DNA of 39,992 bases from an uncultured Halobacteriales archaeon (GCA_964545755.1 CAZJHA010000001.1:1922-41913); one strand, 5' to 3'; counted from the stretch's first letter, positions 10,059 to 19,434 are shown. A program made the numbers and translations. The notes: a model not told the origin generated them from the letters alone.

Positions 10059-11143
10059 CGTTGCGGGCTGGGGAGTTTTTGACGCTGTTTTTTCCGGCGT
10101 TTCGGCGGCAGCGCCGAATAGCCGACCGCCTTCACGAACGTCTGCTGGCCGTACTCGCTGACGAGCATCCGCAGCAGCGCGGCCTCCTTCTCCGAGGTGC
10201 CATCGTAGGTATAACAGTGGAGGTCGCGCGCGAGCGGGTAGTTGCCTTCGGCGAGGTTTTTCCCGGGGACATATTTCGTTCCCTCGAAGGTGAGCGCGAT
10301 GGCCGGCACCGAGTCGTCGACGAACGCCAGCGCCATGTACGCGAGGGCGTTGTCGGTGTTTTTGACGATCTGTTTGACCTGCTGGTTTTCCCCCTTGCGG
10401 ATGTCAACACCGGGAATTGCAGCGTTCGGATTACCGAAGAGGTTGTTGCGGAAGGCGGTGTCGGTGCCCGACCCCTCCGCACGACCGACGACCTGGATCT
10501 CCTTTGACGGGCCGGTGTACCCCGACACATCCGTCCAGTTCGTGATCTCACCCCTGTAGATGGCCTTCAATGTCTCGGCCGAAATCCCGCTGACGCCGGC
10601 CTTCTCGATTGCCTTACTGACGACGATTGGCTGGGCGTCGACGCCGACGACGTGGTCGACGTATTTCGCGAGCTTTTGCTGACTGAGGTCGGGAAACTCC
10701 GCTTTCATCGGCGCGCTCGAATTGCCGATGTCGAGACGCCCATTACGAAGCTTTTCGAGACCGGTGCCCGAGTGACTGAGGCTCACGCTCACCGCAATCG
10801 GTGGCGAATCGGTCTCGGTCGCTTCGAAGCCGTATAGCCCGGCCCAGTAATCGGCGAGGCGCTCGTCGGTCTGGATGCCGTAGTTGCTCGGGTTCCAAAA
10901 TTTCTCGTCCGGCGGCGATGCATTGGTCCCCCAGAAGGAAGCGGCCCTGTTGAGGATTGGATACACCGTCGAGGACCCGCCCGCCTGAAGGGTCGGCACG
11001 TCACCCGTACTGCCGCCCTCGGAGTCGTTCCCGCTGGCGCTGTTCGGTGGCGTCGCGCTCGTGCTGATACAGCCAGCAAGCCCCGCGCACAGCCCGGCTC
11101 CGCCCGCCAGCACTGCGCGCCGACTCACAGGCGTTTCCTGCAT
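10055..11143 (-). CDS. pstS: Phosphate ABC transporter substrate-binding lipoprotein (Tat signal)
   Basis: SRRAVL twin-arginine signal plus LAGC lipobox; GGSSTVYP, HSGTG, RAEGSGT and YPLAR motifs; first gene of the pst operon. Confidence 0.92.
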   Translation of the reverse strand: MQETPVSRRAVLAGGAGLCAGLAGCISTSATPPNSASGNDSEGGSTGDVPTLQAGGSSTVYPILNRAASFWGTNASPPDEKFWNPSNYGIQTDERLADYWAGLYGFEATETDSPPIAVSVSLSHSGTGLEKLRNGRLDIGNSSAPMKAEFPDLSQQKLAKYVDHVVGVDAQPIVVSKAIEKAGVSGISAETLKAIYRGEITNWTDVSGYTGPSKEIQVVGRAEGSGTDTAFRNNLFGNPNAAIPGVDIRKGENQQVKQIVKNTDNALAYMALAFVDDSVPAIALTFEGTKYVPGKNLAEGNYPLARDLHCYTYDGTSEKEAALLRMLVSEYGQQTFVKAVGYSALPPKRRKKQRQKLPSPQR

Positions 11144-11166
11144 CGTCCGACGGTAGCCGCAGGGAG

Positions 11167-11196
11167 GATAAATACCCTACTATGAAATCTATATAG
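11167..11196 (-). promoter_or_regulatory. pstS promoter: TATA (TATTTATC) plus upstream AT-rich element including palindromic CTATATAG
   Basis: AT-rich island in GC-rich DNA; TATA 24-31 bp upstream of ATG 11143. Confidence 0.55.
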
Positions 11197-11217
11197 CGGT
11201 ACGGGTTCGCACGAGCG

Positions 11218-11637
11218 TTACGAGTCCTCGTCGAAGCCCAGCGCCGCCGAGTTGATGCAGTAGCGTTTGCCCGTCGGCTCGGGCCCGTCGTCGAAGACGT
11301 GGCCGAGATGGCCGCCACAGGTCGCACAGACCACTTCGGTGCGCTCCATCCCGTGGCTGGTGTCCCGCCGGAGTTCGACGTTCGCCTCGTCGGCGACGTC
11401 CGAAAAGCTCGGCCAGCCCGTCTTGGAGTCGAACTTTGTGTCCGAGGAGAACAGCTCCGTCCCGCAGCCGGCACAGACGAACGTGCCGTCGTCGTCCTCG
11501 TCGAGCAACTCGCCGCTGAACTTGGGTTCGGTGCCCTGCTCGCGCAGGATCTCGTACTCCTCGTCGGTCAGCACGTCGCGCCATTCCTCCTCGGTCTCGG
11601 GCAGACTCTCGCCGGTCGTCGTCGGTTCGTTCGACAT
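11218..11637 (-). CDS. msrB: Peptide-methionine (R)-S-oxide reductase
   Basis: GTEPKFSG, CAGC, GWPSF, RTEVVCATCGGHLGHVFDDGP and RYCINSAAL motifs. The true start is ATG 11637 because the longer ORF overlaps the tRNA. Confidence 0.96.
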   Translation of the reverse strand: MSNEPTTTGESLPETEEEWRDVLTDEEYEILREQGTEPKFSGELLDEDDDGTFVCAGCGTELFSSDTKFDSKTGWPSFSDVADEANVELRRDTSHGMERTEVVCATCGGHLGHVFDDGPEPTGKRYCINSAALGFDEDS

Positions 11638-11720
11638 ACCTACTTGAAGGCGGTGCACGCTTTTGGCTGTTGTGGCATGTGGCGGAGCGGCCGCTGGGTG
11701 AGCCGTGTTCGTCAGAAGCA

Positions 11721-11795
11721 TGCTCCGGCAGGGATTCGAACCCTGGTCATCACCGTGAGAGGGTGATATGATTGGCCGGACTACACCACCAGAGC
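11721..11795 (-). tRNA. tRNA-Glu (anticodon CUC), CCA not encoded
   Basis: Reverse strand reads GCTCTGGTGGTGTAGTCCGGCCAATCATATCACCCTCTCACGGTGATGACCAGGGTTCGAATCCCTGCCGGAGCA. Anticodon stem TCACC/GGTGA with loop CT-CTC-AC; T-arm CAGGG-TTCGAAT-CCCTG. Confidence 0.96.
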
Positions 11796-11848
11796 GCGTC
11801 GACATCCCTCCGTAGCGAGCAATTGCGTTTAACGGTTGCGTTTTGCGC

Positions 11849-12985
11849 TCATCCGTCCTCGAACGGCGAGCCGGCGACGTCGGGTTCGTGGCCCGCGAGG
11901 CTCACGATGTTCTCGCGGCCGACGCGGAGCTTGCTCACGCGGCCCTCCTCGGCCATCTCGGAAAGGAGCGTGCTCACCTTCGATTTCGACCAGTCGGTTT
12001 CGTCGACGATGTCGGCCTGCTGCATCCGTCCGCCGTTGGCGTCGAGCAGTTCCTCGATGTGGTCGGCGTCGCTTCTGAGGTCCGCGGAACTCACGGCCGG
12101 CTCCGGTGGCGCGTCCGGCCCGTCGGCTGTGCGTTCGGTCTCGGCATCGGTGGCGGTCGCGCCCGCCGGTTCGTCACCGTCGGCGGTATCGTCGCCAAAG
12201 GGTATCGACACCTCCGAGCGTCCGATGGCCACCGCACCGAGGACGGCGACGACGGCGAGCGCCGCCACGACCCACGCGAGCGGCACGTCCGACAGCGAGT
12301 CACCGTCGGCCGAAAGCGCCGACTCCTCGGTGAAGGCGACCCGTGGATGGCCGCCCGCGAACTGCGCCGGCCCGAAGTAGGTGAGCGAGTCGGTCGTGTT
12401 CGCCGAGCCGTTGGTCGATGCGTCGGCCGCGGGCGCGACCTCCTTCCAGTCGATTTCGAGGTTCGGTCCGGCCCGAAGCTCGATGGAAGTCCCCCGGGAG
12501 AGATACAGCCCGCTGTCGAAGGTATTGCCGACCACGTAGCCGCTTTCGGCGCTCGTGAAGTTCGTCCACATGAACGACATCTCGACGACGCCGGTTGCAT
12601 CCGGCCGCGAACTGACCTGTGCATCCCGGCTGAACGCCCGTGCGTCCATCGTACGGCCGGTCGCGTTCGACCCTTCCGCCGTGAGCGCCGTCGCTCGCTC
12701 CGTGAAATCGGTATAGACGGGCGTCTCCTCGCTCTCGAAGCGGTCGGCGTAGGCACGGAAGCGACTGATTTCGCTCTCGTTTGCGAGCGGTTGGTTGTAC
12801 CGTTGGGTCCAGCGGGCGGAACCGTTCTCGTAGACCGTGACCACGAAGCGCGCCTCGTCGAAGTCCGTGGTGCTTGAACCGTTCGGCGCGGTAGTCGACT
12901 GTGCGTCGCCGACCGCTACGGCGGGGAGGAACAACACTCCCAGCGCTACCACGGCGACGAGACCGAGCAGCCACACCCGCGTCAT
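11849..12985 (-). CDS. Membrane-anchored protein: signal peptide, extracellular domain, TM helix, C-terminal winged-helix (HTH) domain
   Basis: Hydrophobic N-terminus, N-x-S/T-rich ectodomain, TM WVVAALAVVAVLGAVAI, then LLDANGGRMQQADIVDETDWSKSKVSTLLSEMAEEGRVSKLRVGRENIV (wHTH). TATA TTTTTATA at 13010-13017. Confidence 0.8.
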   Translation of the reverse strand: MTRVWLLGLVAVVALGVLFLPAVAVGDAQSTTAPNGSSTTDFDEARFVVTVYENGSARWTQRYNQPLANESEISRFRAYADRFESEETPVYTDFTERATALTAEGSNATGRTMDARAFSRDAQVSSRPDATGVVEMSFMWTNFTSAESGYVVGNTFDSGLYLSRGTSIELRAGPNLEIDWKEVAPAADASTNGSANTTDSLTYFGPAQFAGGHPRVAFTEESALSADGDSLSDVPLAWVVAALAVVAVLGAVAIGRSEVSIPFGDDTADGDEPAGATATDAETERTADGPDAPPEPAVSSADLRSDADHIEELLDANGGRMQQADIVDETDWSKSKVSTLLSEMAEEGRVSKLRVGRENIVSLAGHEPDVAGSPFEDG

Positions 12986-13043
12986 CCATCGTAGATGACC
13001 GGACCATCATATAAAAACGCTGTGACCCGCCCCTTCGCGCGGA

Positions 13044-13787
13044 TCAGGGTGCCAACCGGTTCTTCCGCCCCCTCATGTGCTCGTCGTAGTGGGCGAAGGT
13101 GAGCGGACACCACTCGGTGGCGCGGTCGAGAACCTCCTCGGTCAGTTCTCGAATCTCCCATTGGCTGTCGGCGGCGGCGCGCATGTCCGCGACGTGCATC
13201 AGCATGCGGACGTTCATCGAGAACACCATGTTCACTTCCGTCCCGATGGGCAGGACGAATCGGGCGTCTTCCGGGGGCATTCCCGTTTCGAGCAGTTCCT
13301 GATACGATTCGACCGATTCAGTGACCGACTCCCGGAAGATTCGCTCGCGTTTTTCGACTTCCCCCTCGTCGACCGCGCCACCGCGCTGGTTGCGGCCCAC
13401 CCAGTCGGGGTCGGTTGCCGAGGGAGGAGTGACGACCATCGCGCCCTCGCGCACGTCGGCGGGGTCGACCTCGTCGAAGGCGACGTAGCGCATCGACTGC
13501 ACGTCGAAGGAGACGTGGCGGTGGCGGGTGAGCTGGGCCATACACGAGCGGCTGACACCCTCGACGGCGAAGGTGGCTTGAGGGTGCTCGAACGGGCCGA
13601 AATGACCGTGGTCGAGCAGGTGGCCGATGAGCGTCTCCTTCTTCTCCTCGATGGTGTCGCCGTCCACGGTGTCCATCGTCTCCGTGAACGACTGGTCGCC
13701 GACGAAGCCGGACGAATAGTCGCAGCGTGCGGCGGTACAGACCACTCTCTCGGGGTCGTCGGTCGCTTCGAGCAGGCGGACGTCCAT
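13044..13787 (-). CDS. thyX: FAD-dependent thymidylate synthase
   Basis: GHFGPFEH, RHRHVSFDVQSMRY (ThyX motif), EDARFVLP and SQWEIR; start at ATG 13787. Confidence 0.95.
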   Translation of the reverse strand: MDVRLLEATDDPERVVCTAARCDYSSGFVGDQSFTETMDTVDGDTIEEKKETLIGHLLDHGHFGPFEHPQATFAVEGVSRSCMAQLTRHRHVSFDVQSMRYVAFDEVDPADVREGAMVVTPPSATDPDWVGRNQRGGAVDEGEVEKRERIFRESVTESVESYQELLETGMPPEDARFVLPIGTEVNMVFSMNVRMLMHVADMRAAADSQWEIRELTEEVLDRATEWCPLTFAHYDEHMRGRKNRLAP

Positions 13788-13859
13788 ACCGAAAGCGACA
13801 CAGCCCGATGTAATATCCTGTCGGTCAGCGGCCAACCGCTTTGCATGCCTCAGTCTCGG

Positions 13860-14828
13860 CTACGCTCCGATGGAGGGGTTCCGAGCCGTCCCTGTTACGG
13901 CGGCCGAGCCGTTCTTCGTGCCGAACACGTCGGTATCGATGTCGGTGCTGTAGCCGAGACCGTCGAGCGGGACTCGCACAGTGGTGTCGCCGGGGAGGTC
14001 AAGGACGGCGGTGAGCGACACTCGCAGGTCGGTGTGCTGGTTGCGCTCGATGTGGCTGACCCACCACTCGTCGAGCTTGCGATTGTGGATGACCGCTCTC
14101 GTCCGAATCGTCTGCTCGTTTCCGGGCGAAATCACCTCGCCACGGCCCGTGGTTCCGTTGCCGACGGCGATTCCGTTCATCGTGACGGTGTAGTCGATAC
14201 GGCTGACCGGAATCGGAATCTCGGTCGGATTCCGTACCCCGAGAGCGATGTCGAGCGGCGTCGTCTCGGGCGTCGCGTTCCCCCACGTCGCGGTCGTGTG
14301 GTCGACGACGAGTACGGGGTCGTCGACCAGCGGCAGGCTCGCGTTTATCGGCCGTGGTTTGCTTGTGCTCAACGCACCGGTGATGTCGGTCGTCACCGTC
14401 CGGTTCTCGCTCACCCGCTCGGTGCCGAACACCGGCACGTCGACGCTCGCGCTCGTGGCGAGTCGCGTTCGCTCGCCGCGCTCGACGTGGCTCGCCCACC
14501 ACACGGGAATCCGCCGGTTGTCGATGGCAGTCGTGAAGTTCACCGCTGTCCGGCCCTCCGTGATGCGAAGCCCCTCCCGGCTTCCGTTCCCCATCACGAT
14601 ACCGTTCATCCGCACCGAGTGGTTGACCGTCGCGTTCCCGAGTCTGATCCCGACCGGGTTCGGGTTCTCGATGCGAAGCTCGGTCGTGACGAGCGTCGTC
14701 GAGCCGTTCACGCCGGAAAACCGGCTTTCGGTACGCTCGACCGTCGGGCGCTCGACAGTGAGGGCGACCACGCCGCCGACCGCGGCGAGGGCGACGAGGA
14801 CGAGCACGGCGGCGCGTGTGCGGTTCAT
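13860..14828 (-). CDS. LEA type 2 / WHy domain protein (two repeats), N-terminal membrane anchor
   Basis: Two domains with I/V-x-NP-N/T motifs (IENPNPVGI, VRNPTEIPI), followed by V-x-MNGI-x-x-GNG and WW-x-SH(V/I)ER repeats. Confidence 0.8.
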   Translation of the reverse strand: MNRTRAAVLVLVALAAVGGVVALTVERPTVERTESRFSGVNGSTTLVTTELRIENPNPVGIRLGNATVNHSVRMNGIVMGNGSREGLRITEGRTAVNFTTAIDNRRIPVWWASHVERGERTRLATSASVDVPVFGTERVSENRTVTTDITGALSTSKPRPINASLPLVDDPVLVVDHTTATWGNATPETTPLDIALGVRNPTEIPIPVSRIDYTVTMNGIAVGNGTTGRGEVISPGNEQTIRTRAVIHNRKLDEWWVSHIERNQHTDLRVSLTAVLDLPGDTTVRVPLDGLGYSTDIDTDVFGTKNGSAAVTGTARNPSIGA

Positions 14829-15007
14829 CTGATGGGTCGTTTTCGTGGTCACGGGAAACAGGCTGTCGATTGCCCCCTGATGGAACGATACCGTCGGTTG
14901 GCGGTGATTACTGTCCGTTCACCGGCCGTTTCGCTGCCACTCGATTGCTCGCGCGGAGGACGGGCTTCCAACCGACAGTATAAGTTCTCGCCGGTGATAG
15001 CGCCGCC

Positions 15008-15196
15008 ATGTCCACATCAGTCGGGACCGACCGCGGCGTCGGCTTCGCCGTGTTGTTCGTGATACTCGGGCTCGTCGGCGCGCTCGCCGCGCTCGCCGGT
15101 GGGCTGCTCGAAACCCAACTCACTGCCGCGTGGGGCTTCGCCGTCGCCTCGCTTGCGGGTGCGATTGCCGTCGCCGCGATACACCTCTCGGGCTAA
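15008..15196 (+). CDS. Small two-TM membrane protein, unknown function
   Basis: 62 aa with two hydrophobic helices; TATAAG at 14979-14984. Confidence 0.65.
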   Translation: MSTSVGTDRGVGFAVLFVILGLVGALAALAGGLLETQLTAAWGFAVASLAGAIAVAAIHLSG

Positions 15197-15241
15197 CCCT
15201 CGCCACAAAGCGTTAAGAGCCTCACGACCGTAGTATTCACA

Positions 15242-15466
15242 ATGAGCGACTTCACCGACGAGGACCGGCGGATTCTCGCGTATCTCCACGACAGCGTCTC
15301 GCGTGGCGAGCGCTACTTCCGCTCGAAGAACATCGCCGACCAGCTCGGGCTGAGTGCCAAACAGGTCGGCGTCCGACTGCCGCGGCTGGCCGAACAGTCC
15401 GAGGACATCGACATCGAGAAGTGGAGCCGCGCGAAATCGACCACGTGGCGCGTCACGCCGGGCTGA
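15242..15466 (+). CDS. Small winged-helix DNA-binding-like protein
   Basis: YFRSKNIADQLGLSAKQVGVRLPRL HTH-like pattern and W..AKSTTWRV wing; TTAAG about 25 bp upstream. Confidence 0.7.
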   Translation: MSDFTDEDRRILAYLHDSVSRGERYFRSKNIADQLGLSAKQVGVRLPRLAEQSEDIDIEKWSRAKSTTWRVTPG

Positions 15467-15516
15467 AGGGTCGTCCGGTTCGGCGGATTTTTACCGACTG
15501 ACCTCGTATCGAAGCC

Positions 15517-15945
15517 ATGACTGTCCGGGTCGAACGCACCTTCGAACTCGATGCCTCGCCCGAAGAAGTCTGGGAGTTCATCGCCGATCCGGGCAAGCGC
15601 GCCCAGCCAATCAGCGTCGTCGAATCGTTCGAGGTTCACGACGAGACCCACGCCACATGGCACGTCTCGCTGCCGATTCCGTTCGTCAATCGCACCATCA
15701 GCGTCGAGACCGAGGACACCGACCGCGACCCACCCTCCCACGTGGAGTTCGTCGGCCGCTCGCGCGTGCTCCGGGTCGTCGGCGAACACGACATCGAAGC
15801 CACGGATGGGGGAACGCGCCTGCACAACCGCTTCACCGTCGAGGGGAAGATGCCCGGCGTCGAGCAGTTTTTCAAACGCAACCTCGACGACGAACTCGAC
15901 AACCTCGAACGCGCTATCAACGAGGACGCCGAAATCGAGGCGTAG
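15517..15945 (+). CDS. SRPBCC / CoxG-family protein
   Basis: VERTFELDASPEEVWEFIADP N-terminus, GGTRL motif and long C-terminal helix. Confidence 0.82.
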   Translation: MTVRVERTFELDASPEEVWEFIADPGKRAQPISVVESFEVHDETHATWHVSLPIPFVNRTISVETEDTDRDPPSHVEFVGRSRVLRVVGEHDIEATDGGTRLHNRFTVEGKMPGVEQFFKRNLDDELDNLERAINEDAEIEA

Positions 15946-16764
15946 ATGCGCCTCGCCTGCTGTCAACACACCGTCGAGGCGGGGTCCGAAAACGTCGAGC
16001 GGGCGCTCGCGGCCATCGCCGAGGCCGCAAGCGGGGGCGCGGACCTCGTCTGTCTGCCCGAAATCTTCGACGTCGGCTACTTCGCGTTCGACGACTACAA
16101 GCAGGAGGCAGAATCGCTCGCCGGGCCGACGCTCGCGCGGGTCGCCGACGCGGCACGCGACCACGCTATCGGCGTGCTCGCCGGCTCAGTCGTCGAGGAC
16201 CTCGCGGCGAGCGCGGGAGACGGATTCGATGTGCCTGCCGAGCGGGGACTGGCGAACACGTCGGTGTTTTTCGACCGGGAGGGCGAGCGCCGGGCGGTCT
16301 ATCGCAAACACCACCTCTTCGGCTACGAGTCGCGGGAGGCTGAACTGCTCGTCCCGGGCGAGTCGCTCGGGCTGGCGGCATTCGAGGGCTTTACTGTAGG
16401 GATGACGACCTGTTATGACCTGCGCTTTCCCGAACTCTACCGCGAACTCGCGGCCGCGGGCGCGACCCTCATCCTCGTGCCGAGCGCGTGGCCGTATCCG
16501 CGCGTCGACCACTGGCAACTCCTCCCGCGGGCGCGTGCCGTCGAGAACCAGCTGTTCGTGGCGACCTGTAACGGCTCCGGGAGCTTCGACGAGGCGGAAC
16601 TCTGTGGACGCTCGGCGATATACGACCCGTGGGGTGAGGTGCTGGCCGAAGCGGGTTCCGACGAACGCGCTGCCGACGAACCGGCCGTCGTCACCGCCGA
16701 CGTCGACCCCGGGCGTGTGGCGAGCGTGCGCGAGGAGTTCCCGGCGTTCGGCGACCGGCGATAG
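15946..16764 (+). CDS. Carbon-nitrogen hydrolase (nitrilase/omega-amidase family)
   Basis: Glu-Lys-Cys triad in CLPEIF, YRKHHLF and TCYDLRFPE; RARAVENQ motif. Confidence 0.9.
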   Translation: MRLACCQHTVEAGSENVERALAAIAEAASGGADLVCLPEIFDVGYFAFDDYKQEAESLAGPTLARVADAARDHAIGVLAGSVVEDLAASAGDGFDVPAERGLANTSVFFDREGERRAVYRKHHLFGYESREAELLVPGESLGLAAFEGFTVGMTTCYDLRFPELYRELAAAGATLILVPSAWPYPRVDHWQLLPRARAVENQLFVATCNGSGSFDEAELCGRSAIYDPWGEVLAEAGSDERAADEPAVVTADVDPGRVASVREEFPAFGDRR

Positions 16765-17066
16765 AAAGCGGGGGAGTTATGTGGGATGCGTGCTTCGTTC
16801 GAACTGCCGGGACGTGACGCTTTTCTCGTCGCAACCGGCAACACAGCGCCCGTCGCGCCGCGCACCCGCACCCCCACTCGAATCCGGCTTCACCCTCGGC
16901 GGCCCCACTCCCGTTTCGCTTCTCGTCATCGCACCGCCAGCCGTAACTCCGCGACGAGCAATGAACCGTTATCCCTGCGGACGAACGAAAAAGGACAACT
17001 CCTTTATCCGGCTGCCGGGGTGTGATACGTATCGATGATGAACGCCAGCGCACGCCTGCCCGACCC

Positions 17067-18074
17067 ATGAGAATCGAGCGACTGGACTTCGAGACGTGGG
17101 CAGGGGCGCTTCCCGACCGCGGCTTCGAGGTCTTTCACACCCCCGAGGCGCTGTCGGTGCTCGACCGGCACGCGCCCGGCGAGTGCTACCTTCTCGGAGG
17201 GTATCGCGGCGAGCAGCTGGTGGCGATGGTGCCGCTGTTCGTCCGGCACGTCGGCGGATTGCGAATCGTCTCCTCGCCGCCGCCCGGTATGTCCGTTCCC
17301 AACCTCGGGCCGCTCGTCATGCCGACAAGCCCGAAACAGCGCAAGCAGGAGAAGGTGAATCGTGAGTTCACCGAGGCGCTGCTCGACACCCTCGATGCCG
17401 ACTCGCCACGGACGCTCGTTCGCATTCTCTGCCCGCCCGACTACACCGACCCGCGCCCCTTCCGGTGGGGCGGACTGTCGGTCGAACCCTCGTTCACCTA
17501 CCGCGTCGCGGTCGACGACCCCGACGAACTCCTGGACTCCTTCAGCCGGAGCCTCCGCCGGGAGATCCGCTCGGGCGCGGACCTCGACGTCGACATCGAG
17601 ACCGCGGGCGTCGCTGGCGGCGAGCGGGTCTTCCGGGAGACCGCCGAGCGCTACGCCGAACAATCGGAGGCGTTCGGCCCGACGTGGCCGTACGTTCGGG
17701 ACGTTATCGAGGAATTGGACGAACGCTGTCGGGTGTACGTCGCCCGCGACGACGACTACCTTGGAGGAGTCATCGCGCTGTTTTCGAACGATGCGGCGTA
17801 CTACTGGCTCGGCGGCACGCGCGCGACCCACGAGAACGTCAGCATCAACAGCCTGCTGCACTGGCGGGTCATCAACGACATCGCCGAGAATCCACCTGTC
17901 AACTCCGTGCACGAGTACGACCTCGTGGGCGCGAACACCGAACACCTCTGCCGGTACAAATCGAAGTTCGGCGGGGAGCTGGTGCCGTACTACACCGTCG
18001 AGTCGAGCGGGTTGGCGATGGACGCCGCAAAGAGGGGGTACGGATTGGCCAACCGGATCGTCGAGCAGTTCTAA
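17067..18074 (+). CDS. FemAB-like double-GNAT acyl/aminoacyl transferase
   Basis: FHTPEAL N-terminus, FSRSLRREIR, and YYWLGG..NSLLHW..YDLVGAN..YKSKFGG are typical of FemAB-related GNAT proteins in polysaccharide loci. Confidence 0.72.
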   Translation: MRIERLDFETWAGALPDRGFEVFHTPEALSVLDRHAPGECYLLGGYRGEQLVAMVPLFVRHVGGLRIVSSPPPGMSVPNLGPLVMPTSPKQRKQEKVNREFTEALLDTLDADSPRTLVRILCPPDYTDPRPFRWGGLSVEPSFTYRVAVDDPDELLDSFSRSLRREIRSGADLDVDIETAGVAGGERVFRETAERYAEQSEAFGPTWPYVRDVIEELDERCRVYVARDDDYLGGVIALFSNDAAYYWLGGTRATHENVSINSLLHWRVINDIAENPPVNSVHEYDLVGANTEHLCRYKSKFGGELVPYYTVESSGLAMDAAKRGYGLANRIVEQF

Positions 18075-19177
18075 CGCTCCGGTGTCGGCGGGTCGGGTCG
18101 TTGTGGTGGGTCCTCGCGCGAAAGCCCATCGACCGCAGCGGCCCCGTCGGGGGTGGTGGCGAGTTCGACGATGACCTCGGTGAGGTTCACCTTGTCAGCC
18201 ATGAACGCGTCGCGCTTTTCCGCCCATTCCTCCGCGAGACTATCGTCATCGAGCAGCGATTCCGCGCGCTCGATGGCCCGCTCGAAGGAGGCGATGTTGA
18301 ATATCAATCCCTCGTTTTCGAGTTCGATGAAGTTGCCCATGTCCGCCTCGCCGACGAAGGAGTTCGAACGGATGGCGGGCGTTCCCAACAATGCGGCCTC
18401 GGTGACCATCGTCTGCGTGTCGGCGACCAGCAGATGCGCCTCGCTGAGTGCGTCGTGCAACAGTCCGGGATGGAGGTCGAACGGCCGGGCGTCGATGTCC
18501 TCGAAGTCCATACTCCCGCTCTCGTCGGAGACGAACACGGTCGCGTCGTCGGTGAGGCGCTCGATGAGTTTGCGCCGCTCGGTCGGACCGATGCCCGAGT
18601 GGCTGACGTCGTGATGCGAGCCGAAGGCGTTGAACCGGCAGATAACGTATTTTTCGTCGGGTGCGACGCCCAACTGTTCGCGGATGTCCTCGCGGGCGGT
18701 GAACACGTCGGGGTGGAGGTACGCACACTCCTTGAAGCCGCGAAAGCGGTAGTGATTCGGTCCCAAATCCTTGCCGAAGGCGTCAGGCGTGAGGATGGCG
18801 TCGGCGAAGGGCCGCGAGACGGCGTGGTCGAGCGACGTGGGTTCGGAGTCGAGGATCAGCGTCACCGGCGTGCGCGAGAGCGCCCCGGCGTGGGCCGCGT
18901 ACGCGCCCATCCCGAAGATGCGGTCGGGCGAGTACCGTCGCGTCTGTCTGATGATGGAGAGGTAGTGGCGGGGGAGCTGATACAGAAGCGAGCGTTTTTC
19001 GGTCGCCAGCCGGCCGTACAGCCGATAGGGGAGGTCGTGGTAGTCGAGCAGCTCCCGCGTACAGCCGTAATCACGGGCGAGAACCAGTACGTCGTGACCG
19101 CGCTCGTCGAGTGTTGCGACGGCGTGTTTGTAGAGGTGGACGTGTGCAGGAGTGTTCGTGAAAAAGAGATAGTTCAT
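18071..19177 (-). CDS. DUF354-like GT-B fold protein (putative glycosyltransferase)
   Basis: NTPAHVHLYK, ARDY, GFKECAYLHP..F and DTQTMVTEAALLGTPAI motifs. Confidence 0.75.
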   Translation of the reverse strand: MNYLFFTNTPAHVHLYKHAVATLDERGHDVLVLARDYGCTRELLDYHDLPYRLYGRLATEKRSLLYQLPRHYLSIIRQTRRYSPDRIFGMGAYAAHAGALSRTPVTLILDSEPTSLDHAVSRPFADAILTPDAFGKDLGPNHYRFRGFKECAYLHPDVFTAREDIREQLGVAPDEKYVICRFNAFGSHHDVSHSGIGPTERRKLIERLTDDATVFVSDESGSMDFEDIDARPFDLHPGLLHDALSEAHLLVADTQTMVTEAALLGTPAIRSNSFVGEADMGNFIELENEGLIFNIASFERAIERAESLLDDDSLAEEWAEKRDAFMADKVNLTEVIVELATTPDGAAAVDGLSREDPPQRPDPPTPER

Positions 19178-19434
19178 TCAGTCTTGCTTGCGGCGAGGAA
19201 CTCGATGCTCCTAAACACGTCGGTCCGACCACTCCCGCCGGTTTGGCTCGTGTCACCGCTTCGCCCCGCTCGCCGCTTTCTTTCGCACTCGTCTTCGTCG
19301 ATTTCGTGGGCTACTCCACCGGCCGAACGGCGCGTTTTCGACGGTCGGTGGTCCTCGGCGGAAGTCGTTAGTCATATACGACCGGCCCGCACTGGTTCAT
19401 CCGATACGCTCGGACACGCTGTCAGCAATAGATT

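Noticed and set aside
11638-11848. tRNA-Glu as an integration site or as a dedicated donor for the Fem-like enzyme
   Set aside because: No integrase and no duplicated tRNA 3' end were seen. The tRNA looks canonical, is flanked by housekeeping genes and lies more than 5 kb from the GNAT gene.
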